The position numbers and the translations under genes were made by a program. Under the pieces are notes generated by a model that was given only the letters and a program-made list of their open reading frames with translations, ran no database searches and was not told where the DNA came from. Shown here piece after piece: positions 13,021 to 23,160 of a stretch of DNA of 64,000 nt. Positions within the stretch are counted from its first letter, which is position 1. The number at the start of each line of letters is the position of its first letter. The DNA comes from Dipteris shenzhenensis (taxonomy: Eukaryota): NCBI GenBank assembly GCA_047967505.1, contig CM106538.1. One strand, given 5' to 3'.

Positions 13021-13727
13021 AAAGGACCCGAAGGGCCTCACAGCCATCAAGACCTATCAATAGCTCTAAAACTACCTCAGCTCCAAGTGAGCAATCTATG
13101 CCTTCAAGGTACCAGGAGGTGGTTAAGAGTGTCACCAAAGATCTTCAATCTAGTTCTGAAGATGAAGGCGTCACACCTCAGTTCCCTTCCCGCAAGTCCA
13201 GAATAGTGAGGTTTGCAACAGAAGTGACAACTTTAGGGCAAAAACGTGAGGAGTCGCAGGCAGGCCCATCCACCTTCCACTCAGGAAGCACAATGAAGCA
13301 AGAGAAGGAAAAAGGGGTGAAGTCTAGTAGTGCCCAAGAAAAGGGGAAATGGGTGATGGGAGAGTCACCACAGGAAATATTGATTGAGAATCTAGAGGCA
13401 CCTCCTCTCCCTCGCGTGAGCTTCGACCCTCGGCCAGAAGCTCGACGGATGAAGGCACAAAAGGCTGCTGCTACTGTCCAGCCCTATTCTTTGATGGATG
13501 ACTTGATGGATTTTAGGCCCAATATCACCTTACGACAACTCTGTCAATTGTCTCCACATATCAAGCATCAGACTATTGCATTTTTGAATCGCATGCCAGG
13601 AGGGCGCTAAAGGGGATCTGTTCAGGGCGGACCCACACCAGAGACAGTAACGGTTCAAGATGGAGTAACACTAGACAATTGCTCAGCCTATGCTGCCCTC
13701 ACATGTGAACAAAGTCCCAAGCTCTCA

Positions 13728-14876
13728 GTGGAGATCAATGGGGTGGAGCTGAAAGATGTTTTCTTGGATGGTGGGGCAGCAGTAAACATCATGCCGAGAG
13801 GTACTCTTCAACAACTGGGTTTGAAATTGACAATTGACGTACATTTTCAAGTACGCATGGCGAATCAACGCAAGGTGAAGCCTATGGGGGCTGTCAAAGG
13901 TGTTCACATGAAGATTGGGGGAGTTACATTCCTGTCCAATTTTATTGTACTTAATATGACGGAGGGTGAGCAGACTTATCCTCTACTTCTTGGTAGACCA
14001 TGGTTACGCTCAGCAAAGGCCATTCAAGATTGGTCAAGTGATGAAGTTCGATTGCCTTTGGGATCCACATCCTTAGAAATAGACATGGTTACTGGAAGGG
14101 CCCGTCACCGACCTGTGGAACTTGGGGAAGAGGATTTTGAAGAAGAAGAAGGGGTGGAAGAGGAGCGATGGGCACTTGGGGATTGGCCCCTACAGAAAGA
14201 AGAGTTGACCTATGTGGAGGACTCACCCTTCCAAGGTGAAACCTATGTAACAGCAGCACGAGATGATGGTGAGAGCTTGACGTACTTGTTGGAACATGCT
14301 GGACCAGATGAGGAAGAAGCTGTCATCTTGGATTGGATGGGGGCCCTGGGATCCTTAGCCATCAACATGGTGGAGTTGTGTCTAGAAGAGGATCCTGAAG
14401 CCCATCTTGGTACTTCACGGAATGCGCAAGAGGTGAGCCAGGAAGCCTCTTCACCACCTGGTTTGGCTGATCTCATGTATGAACGGATGCCTTTTGGTCT
14501 TCTTAATAATCCCCACATGTATCAGCGAATGATGTCCGCAAGTACCAGACCAAGTGGTGGGGAGGCCACCTGGGTGACTCAAAGACAAGACCATGAAGCA
14601 GAAATGGAAGCAATGGAGGCACACGACATGGATGCCTCACACCAAGAAAATGACCATGGGGTCACAACAGAGGAGGAAGAGGATGCTATGCAAGAAGATG
14701 ATGAGCAGGCGGAGCATAATGATGGTCCTGAAGAGAACACTCATGAATCTATGGAAGAAGAAGATGACCACATAGATCATGGGCTGGCTGAGCACAATGA
14801 TGGTATTGGAGAAGACACTCATGGATCTGCAGAAGAAGAGGATGACCACTTACTTACTGATGTCATTCAAAGGTAG
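13728..14876 (+). CDS. Aspartic protease plus acidic spacer of pol
   Basis: VFLDGGAAVNIM...LLLGRPWL. Bounded by in-frame stops TAA 13608-13610 and TAG 14874-14876. Confidence 0.88.
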   Translation: MEINGVELKDVFLDGGAAVNIMPRGTLQQLGLKLTIDVHFQVRMANQRKVKPMGAVKGVHMKIGGVTFLSNFIVLNMTEGEQTYPLLLGRPWLRSAKAIQDWSSDEVRLPLGSTSLEIDMVTGRARHRPVELGEEDFEEEEGVEEERWALGDWPLQKEELTYVEDSPFQGETYVTAARDDGESLTYLLEHAGPDEEEAVILDWMGALGSLAINMVELCLEEDPEAHLGTSRNAQEVSQEASSPPGLADLMYERMPFGLLNNPHMYQRMMSASTRPSGGEATWVTQRQDHEAEMEAMEAHDMDASHQENDHGVTTEEEEDAMQEDDEQAEHNDGPEENTHESMEEEDDHIDHGLAEHNDGIGEDTHGSAEEEDDHLLTDVIQR

Positions 14877-14879
14877 GCG

Positions 14880-16685
14880 GTGCCGGAAATGACTCTTGGA
14901 AGGGTTATTGAATCCATTGTGCAACCTGACCAACCTAGGAGGGGTCAAGAGACCGGACAATTTGAAGGAGCCGTCCACATTCACACTGGAGTCTGGAACT
15001 TCAGACCTTCAAGGCAAGCCCACAGCATACAGGGAGAAGAAGATGTCGCGGACCTTGTTCTACTCGACTTACATATGTCAGAAGCTGACCCCCCAACGAC
15101 ACAGGAGGTTCATGAAACTACATACGAGGTGGTTGGACTACCATACAGAGGAACGCTCAAGCAAGCACAAAAAGGAAAGAAGAGAATGGGCCCAAGTGCT
15201 GCCTCTACATTTCAACCATTTCCAAAACACACCCAACCGTCCTATCCGAGCTCTTGGATGGAAGAAGTAGTGGGGAATTTTTCTCTGGATGATTCTCCTG
15301 CGCACCCAGCAGTGGGAGTAGAAGAACCGAACAACTCCACATCAGGAAGCATACCTCAGGTTGACCATGCCAGGGATTGGAGGTATCTGAACATAGGGAC
15401 AGAAGACCAACCACGACATCTTAAGGTAGCCAGTTGGGTCTGGGAACATGACTATCTCCTTGCTGCATTGTCTGATTTTTTTCAAGAGTATGTTGATGTC
15501 TTTGCTTGGTCATATAAGGATTTAAAGGGAGTACCCACTGAGTTCATGGAACATCGCATCGATCTATATCCAGAAGCAGAGCCGGTGATCAGGGGACCAT
15601 ATCGCATGAATCCTAACTATGGCAAGGCTGTCCATGCTGATATTCAAAAGATGGAGCAAGCAGGGTTGATCTACCCTGTTGACTACTCCGAATGGCTTAG
15701 TGGCATCGTAGTGGTGCCCAAAAGAGAGACTGGAAAACTCCGAGTTTGTGTCGACTATAGGAGTTTGAATACCGCCACACGTCGGGATAGGTTTCCTCTC
15801 CCCTTCACTGACAGGGTGCTAGAAACCGTAGCTGGTCATGCTCTCTACTCCTTCATGGATGGATACAGTGGGTATAACCAGGTTCGGGTGCGAGAGCAAG
15901 ATCAGTTAAAGACTACCTTCGTCACCCAATGGGGAACTTATGCTTACCGGATGATGCCTTTTGGTCTATGCAATGCACCGGCCACGTTTCAACGTCTTGT
16001 CACCAAACTCTTCCAAGAGAACATCGGAAAGTTCCTTGAGGTATTCTTGGATGACTTCTCTGTGTTCAATGGTAAGAATGCTTCTCACCTCGAACCTGCT
16101 ATTCAGACGGATCACATGAGTAAGTTGAGGTGGGTTTTTGATAAGTGCAGAGAAGCTAGGTTGTGCTTGAATCCGGACAAATGCTTCTTCCTCGCCTTGC
16201 GAGGGGTTCTCCTTGGCCACATCGTCTCGGCTGAGGGAATGACCACGGACCCAGCAAAGGTGGAAGTGATATTGACCTTGCCTATTCCTCGCACACCCAG
16301 AGAAGTCAAGTCTTTTTTGGGACATGTGGGTTATTATAGAAGATTCATTAGGTCCTATGCCGACATAGCGGTGGCGTTGACGGAACTCCTTCGGCAGGAG
16401 CAGTCCTTCAATTGGTCGGCACCTCAACAACAGGTGAAAGAAGCGGAGTGGGGAGCAACCCTACAGGCAAGGGAGGCTGCATGGAAAACCCAGCAGGACG
16501 AGTTTCAGCAATGTCTTGCAGCAAAGGAGGCAGAATGGACAGCCAACAAGAAAGTTTTGGAGGACAATCATTCAGCCCAACAGGGTCATATCCAGAGGGA
16601 GCTTGCAGCCCTACAAGACAGATACACCTCACTGGCTGAGGATAAGCATACTGTGGATCAACAGTGGTGGTGCGGAGTCAGATGA
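14880..16685 (+). CDS. Reverse transcriptase, truncated before RNase H and fused to a coiled-coil tail
   Basis: LRVCVDYRSLN, MDGYSGYNQ, MPFGLCNAPATFQR, VFLDD, SFLGHVGYYRRFI. RT homology stops at FNWSAPQQQ (~16432). Confidence 0.93.
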   Translation: MPEMTLGRVIESIVQPDQPRRGQETGQFEGAVHIHTGVWNFRPSRQAHSIQGEEDVADLVLLDLHMSEADPPTTQEVHETTYEVVGLPYRGTLKQAQKGKKRMGPSAASTFQPFPKHTQPSYPSSWMEEVVGNFSLDDSPAHPAVGVEEPNNSTSGSIPQVDHARDWRYLNIGTEDQPRHLKVASWVWEHDYLLAALSDFFQEYVDVFAWSYKDLKGVPTEFMEHRIDLYPEAEPVIRGPYRMNPNYGKAVHADIQKMEQAGLIYPVDYSEWLSGIVVVPKRETGKLRVCVDYRSLNTATRRDRFPLPFTDRVLETVAGHALYSFMDGYSGYNQVRVREQDQLKTTFVTQWGTYAYRMMPFGLCNAPATFQRLVTKLFQENIGKFLEVFLDDFSVFNGKNASHLEPAIQTDHMSKLRWVFDKCREARLCLNPDKCFFLALRGVLLGHIVSAEGMTTDPAKVEVILTLPIPRTPREVKSFLGHVGYYRRFIRSYADIAVALTELLRQEQSFNWSAPQQQVKEAEWGATLQAREAAWKTQQDEFQQCLAAKEAEWTANKKVLEDNHSAQQGHIQRELAALQDRYTSLAEDKHTVDQQWWCGVR

Positions 16686-17186
16686 AGCAGATTCTCGAGG
16701 AGGAGGATCATCTCCAAGTTTCACATTCCAAGTTGCAGGACAACTTCCATGGGCTGCAAGCTGAAAATGCTGCTCTCAAATCTCGATGTGATCATTACAG
16801 GTCTGGCTACCACATATATAAATCCAAATACGAGGACATCCGCAACCTCATGGACACAGTCGAGGAAGAGGCAAGGACCAGCCCCGGAACATCAGCACAC
16901 CCACCACACCCACCCCCTCCCCCTCCCTGACCTTCATCCAACAAGCAGTAGCTCCTGGATCTTTTAGTTCGGTATTTCTTTTTGCGAGCTCTGTACATTT
17001 GGATTCTGCAGTTCTCATGTAAATAAGGAATTTTGGAGTTGTATGGCCATGAGCCAGTTTTTTTTTTATTAAAAGTTTTATAGTTGTAAGGCCATGCGCC
17101 CTTTCTTTCCAATTTTGGGATGTCAACCACAAGGTCACTTTCTTATTTGTAATTTATACTTAACTTTCTCTCACACAGATCCTCAG

Positions 17187-17224
17187 TCATTCACCGGGAC
17201 GGTGAATGATAGTGGCGGGGGATC
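17187..17224 (+). other. Perfect 10-bp hairpin followed by the polypurine tract
   Basis: TCATTCACCG-GGA-CGGTGAATGA, then AGTGGCGGGGGATC immediately before the 3' LTR TG. Confidence 0.75.
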
Positions 17225-18356
17225 TGTTGTACTCAAAGTTTATGGCGACCCACCAAGAGTCACACCTGGGTCACGTCATGGTCACCTCAGCAACATGCCA
17301 AGTTGTTAGACCTTGGTCATACCTAGTCGCAAGCGTGTTCACATATGTTCACATCTTGGTGACATGGAACAGACTTGGACATGACTTGACATGGACATGA
17401 CTTGGACATGACATGGAACAGACTTGGACATGACTTGACATGGACATGACTTGACCTGGACATGACTTGGGTATGACGGAAGCAATACATGACTGAAGAG
17501 TGCCAAACCTCAACCTCGACTCACCATGGTCAAAGTCAATCAGAGGGAAGTACTGGCGCAATGGTACATGGGATACACCTGTTGGTGCACATGGGAAGCA
17601 GTCCAACAGTTAAGAGGCATAGGTGGTGCACCAACCCTCTCAACCAACTAGTGTCAGGAGCGCAGGAGAACACGTGGAGCATGGGATTCACTGACCCAGG
17701 ACAGGCTGGAGTGTTGCGAAAGCCATCAAGGACAAAGCGGCCCACAAACGGTGGAATGGCTAAGGATGGCTAAGGGTGCAAGAAGACATCCAATAGGAAG
17801 AAGGAGAGGAGATTGGTAGCGGGGGGTGGAGCAGAGGAGGAGAAGGTGAAGAGGGGGAAAGGAAAAAGGGAGAGGGACATTCTGGCAGCAGGAGGCGTGA
17901 GTGAAGGAGTGAGAGGCTAGAGTCAAGAGCTCGCCTTGTGTGTATCTTCTAGGGGTGTATCCGTCATCTTGCTTTCTAATGAGTTATGCTACTCTCCATC
18001 TCTGCTCGCTACTCTAAAATCTCTTTCCGTTGTGTTCTTTCCCCCCTCCTCTCCCTTCACCTGGTACAACGGACCTGTGTCATGTGCTTGAAGTTCTTGC
18101 CGTTCATATCGAGGGTTGGCTTTCGTGATGTTGTTCCGCTTTGGTCTTCTTCTTGCTCACATCACTTCAGCACTTGTACCGCTTGCACATAGTTGACACC
18201 ATCTACCGCTTGCACATAGTTGACACCATCGACAAGCACTCGCCTACATACCATCCGTGACACTTATGGCATGTCTTACTCGCTTCTCGCACCAGTGGCC
18301 CTAGGCCTCCGGTAATACTTCCAGAAGTGTTAGGAAACCCCCCCCCCCCTCAGACA
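17225..18356 (+). repeat. 3' LTR
   Basis: Direct repeat of 9309-10423; carries extra units of the GACTT/GGACAT array. Confidence 0.97.
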
Positions 18357-19539
18357 TCTGGTTACGACACTGACTTAGCAAGTAGACACGTGGCAAATAG
18401 CCAGACTATTGATGTGATAGATCATTTCTGACGTGGCAACCTGACAGGAAGGTGGCCTGGCAACCAGGTCAGCCAGCTACCAAACCACTAATCAGTCTGG
18501 TTAGTCTAACCAGACGATAGTTGGTTAATCAGTAACCAGTCTAGGAAAATTAAAAAAGGACAGTTCTTACCTATTAGCTCTCACATGTCAGAAAACAGTC
18601 TGTCAGTACTTGCCTATCAGAAAACAAAAGAATATAGAAATATGCATGCCTTTGAACAGTAAAAGGAAGTCAAATGCAATTTCTGAGATCTATTGCAGTA
18701 ACCAGAAAGGGGCAACAGAGCAGTTAAGGCCTAAGACACATGTCTTGAGCCAAAAGCAGATTCTAGGCATTTAGAAAATTGCATTGTCCGTCAGGGCAAA
18801 GTTGCAGATTTGAGTAGACCTCTTGTTGAGGGATTTTCGCCCTGAAAGGAAAAGGCTATGTGCATTGATTTCACACTCATTGTGTGAGAATTGACACGTC
18901 TCAAGTCAAGTTTGCAGAGATGGCTTCACAGGACCATGCTCATTCACCCCATGAGGGGAGTCCGTCAGAGGGAGAGTACGTGCCCCAAGAGGCATGTCAG
19001 ATTGGTTGAGAGTGTACTGTCGGAGTAAAACAAGGCTGCCCCCTATCGCCTACCCGGCACCTAGACTCTCTAGGACCTACCGGCACCTAGACTCTCTAGG
19101 ACCTACTGGAAAATAATAGAAACTTTACATAACGTTTTCTCATAGGGGGTGTCAGGGTTTAGGCAAAGACATTCTACCCATTCCTAGTGGCTGAGGCAAG
19201 TATTATACCTCTAGGAGGGGAGGCATTATGTCAATTTATGGCTTACCTTAACAAAGTTGAGAAGTTGGACGCCATTAGGATACCGTAAAAGGTGATGGAA
19301 GCTACACAAATCATGGGGTGGCTCAGAGAGGGAATGAAAACGATGGAATGATGGGGTATATAACAGCTGCTAATAGACGAGAAGATGCATGTGAAATTAG
19401 GGGGATAGTGATGCAGAAAATGCTACAGAAATTATGGCACAACCCGTGGACAGAAGTAATTAACCCAATGGACAGCTATGGAATGCAAAAATACCTTTGG
19501 GAAGACATCTCAATTTTTAAAAGAGAAACCTCTCAAAGG

Positions 19540-22500
19540 CAAGGGGGGCAACAATTATAGCAAGCCTGCTTCTAGTACCTCATCCTCTTCTACCTTGGCT
19601 GATGGGAAGAAGAAAACAAAGCCCTGTATTATTGCAGGAAGACAGGACATGACATCTCTAAGTGTTGAAAGCGCATTGCTTCCGAAAAGAAAAAACAACA
19701 GCAAGGTCTTGCAAAAACAAATGCCCTTGCTGCCCATGCGCACAGCCACAAGGCAGCACATATGGCTCATGATGAGTGGGCATTTGTTGTGACTTGCCAC
19801 TGCAATTCATTCACACATGATGCAGCTTTGTCAGTTTCAGATTCTATGTCTGATTGGTATTTTGATAGTGGTGCTTCCAAGCATGCTACATCCTGCAAAG
19901 GTTTATTTTAGTCCTTGTGATGCACCTAAGGGAAGCGTTGTGACTTGTGCGAACAATGTATTCTATCTGGTGAGAGGGATTGGTTAAGTGCAGGTCATTT
20001 CAGTGCCAGGGGATGCAGTGACTCTTGTGGAAGTGTTATATGCTCCAAGTATAAAAAAGAACCTGATTTCTATCTCAGCCATCTCCACAAATGGCTCCAG
20101 GATTATTTTTGATGGTTAACATTGTGCTATGTATGCCAAAAGAACCTGATTTCTATCTCAGCCATCTCCACAAATGGCTCCAGGATTATTTTTGATGGTT
20201 AACATTGTGCTATGTATGCCAACCGGTAACTATGAAGTACTTACTGGCACACTTTCTAGAGGGATGTATGCTCTTGATGCATATGAAAACAGGCTGTTAT
20301 AGAAGCAAATGCAGCTGCCGAATGGAATTTCCGATACACACTCGTGGCACGAGAGATTGGGACATCTCAATTATGGAAGTTTGGTGAAAATTCATTCTAA
20401 GGACATGGTGGTAGACCTTCCACCCATGCATGCACTACTAAATGTGTCTGTGAGAACTGCTTGTTGGGCAAAATGCATCGGTTCTCATTTCCGAAAGATG
20501 GGGCTGTTTGTGCATCCAAGAAGTTGCATGTAGTGCATAGTGATATATGAGGGCTGATGCGGACATCATCACTTGGGGTTATCTATACTTTGTTACCTTT
20601 GTCTCCTTTGTGGATGACTTTGGGCTATCTATACTTTGTCATCTTTGTGGATGACTTCACCAGACATACTTGGGTTTATCCTTTGAAGTCTAAGTCTGAT
20701 GTCTTCTCTTGTTTTCAAACATTTCTTGCCATAGCTGAAAACAAGAGTGCAAACAAGATCTGACCTTCCACACTGATAGAGAGGGTGTGTATATGCATAG
20801 TTTTTTCCATATGTCACCATACGCATACGGCATACGGGTACGGAAGTATGATTGGAATATGATCAGCCCTTGGGGCTGAATCATATGTGACCCTAATTTT
20901 ACAAAAAAAAAAAAGAAGGAAAATACACATTGTACACATTTAATTGATAGAGAGCTACAAAACTCTCAACTTCAAACTTGTATTACTTTTTAAGTGAAGA
21001 AATTGATAAAAAGATGTTTTCATGAAGATGTGGGAACCCCACTTTCCCCCCCAAAAAAAGGCAAGTATGATTGGCCGTACCATACATGTACGGAATAATT
21101 ATTGTTCAGCCAACCATACGAGTACGGGACCAACTATGAGTATATGTCCCTTGAAATTTTAGATATCTTAGCAACCCAATGCACAGTGCCATACACTCCA
21201 CCATAGAATGGAGTTACGGAAAGAAAAAATAAGACATTGATGGAAATGGCGAGATGCATGCTTAAGGGGAAGTCTTGGCCCAACAAATTTTGGTTGGATA
21301 CAATTATGTGTGCCAACTATGTTCTGAATAGGATAACCACATGGGCGTTGAAGACCATCGCTCCTTATGAAGCATGGACAAGCTGGAAGCGTATTTCACA
21401 CATGTGGGTATTTGGGTCCTTGGCATATGCACATGTTCCCTCTCAGCTAAGGCATAAGATGGAAGATAAGGCAATCGAATGCATTTTCATTGGCTATAGC
21501 TCACAGAGCAAACGATAAAAATTGTATCAGCCTAGCACATGCAAGGTTATTTTTCTGCCCCTCTTTCAGTCAAACACAGATTCAGATTATAATTTGCAGG
21601 GTACGAATCCCAATGATTCTAGTAATTCATAGCCTCCTCAAGATGCCACTATTGAGCCTGATTTGCAGCACTGGATGATCATGTTGTTGAACAGGTAATT
21701 GCAAAGGAGAGGGCTGTCATTAGACAGCAGAAAACAGTCCCAAGGTGGATCTTGAGACTCTTAGGGATAGGGAGCAAGCTGAGCCATTGGCTGGCCGCAC
21801 AAGAGGTGGTCAGAAATAGATGCATGGCAATTTGCTTGATGTTGCATTGATTGCCAGTGCTTGCATTGAAGAACCCTTGCATTTGATAGTAGGATTCACG
21901 CAAATGGCATATGGGAGTTGTGTGACTTGCCAGTAGGCAAGTGTGTCATATGCACTAAGTGGGTTTATAAGTTGAAGCGGAAAGATGATCAGCGTAGACC
22001 GCTACAAAGCTCGCCTTGTTGCGAAAAGTTATACTTAGCAACTTGGCATTGACTTTGAGGAGGCTTTTGCTTCCACTTCACACATCACGACCATTTGATG
22101 TGTCATAGCCATTGCATCCCACAAGCATTTGGAGGTTCACCAACTTCATATTAAGACATCTTTCCTTCACAATGATCTACTTCAAGAAGTCTATGTCAGC
22201 CAACCTTTCAGTTTTGAGATTGAAGGTTTTGAAAATAAGGTATGCTGGCTGAAAAAGGTCCTTCATGGATTCAAGAAGGCACCCCTTGCATGCTGTGTTA
22301 AAATACATTCACATTTGTTATGCCTTTGATTTCTGAACAGCCCCACAAGGCGACTATTTATCTCTGGAGGAGTGAATCAGATTTTCTGATTTTGTTGCTC
22401 ATTATGGGGCCAGATAGTCAACCTTCCAGTTTTGTGGTTGAAGGTTTTGAAAATAAGGTATGCTGGCTGAAAAAGGCCCTTTATGGATTCATGCAGGCAC

Positions 22501-23160
22501 CCCTTGCATGCTATGCCAAAATACATTCACATTTGTTATGCCTTCGATTTCTGGACAGCCCCATAGAGGCGACTATTTATTACAGCAGTGAATGAGATTT
22601 TCTGATTTTGTTGCTCATTATGGGGCCAGATACACCGCAATTGCAGCTTTCAAAGCTGATTTGCAGAAATCATTTGCCATGACAGATTTGGGCAGGTTGC
22701 ATTACCATTTTGGCATCCAGTTTGCTAGTTTTGAGGGGGGCATAATGATGAGCCAATCCAAGTACATTGGACAACACTTATAACACTTCCAGTTCGAGAA
22801 TTGTAAGCCGGTTTCTACACATTGGAGCAAAGGATGGGAGTGACTCATTTGATGCTACTGTTTTTACTCGTAGGCTGTGGGCTGCCTTATCTATTTATGT
22901 CACACCTGGCCTGATCTGCAGTGTACAGTGTCTCAGTTAAGCAGGTTCATGCACAAGCCCAGTACACAGCGTTGGCAAGCAATGAAACCTGTTATTCTAA
23001 TTCTTGAAAGGCACACAGCATTTGGGACTGTTATATGATGATAACTCTTCATTGGTTATGCATGCTTTCACAGACAGTGATGGCTGGGCTAGGGTGTTAC
23101 GACACCTGCATGTCTCATAGTGGCAATTGTATCATGCTTGGATCTTTATGCATTTCTTGG
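19540..23160 (+). mobile_element. Ty1/copia gag-pol, heavily decayed
   Basis: WYFDSGASKH (protease ~19855), WHERLGHLN (GAG-pre-integrase), YFVIFVDDFTRHTWVYPLKSKSDVF and NGVTERKNKTLMEMARCML (integrase), YKARLVAK and FAMTDLG (RT), in copia order PR-INT-RT. Confidence 0.92.
20796..21138. mobile_element. hAT-type MITE (343 bp) inserted in the copia integrase
   Basis: Termini CATAGTT...AACTATG; 8-bp TSD TGTATATG/AGTATATG; CATACG/GTACGG subterminal repeats. Removing it restores TDREGEYMSLE. Confidence 0.85.

Larger units (their letters stand above)
9309..18356 (+). mobile_element. Ty3/gypsy LTR retrotransposon (non-chromovirus-like), both LTRs intact, internally deleted
   Basis: Two ~1.1-kb direct repeats TG...CA; TSD TTTGG (9304-9308)/TCTGG (18357-18361); PBS after the 5' LTR; gag-zinc knuckle-protease-RT order. 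Confidence 0.97.

Noticed and set aside
18357-18960. Possible second LTR whose TG start (9302) was split by the gypsy insertion
   Set aside because: No partner LTR, PBS or TSD found.
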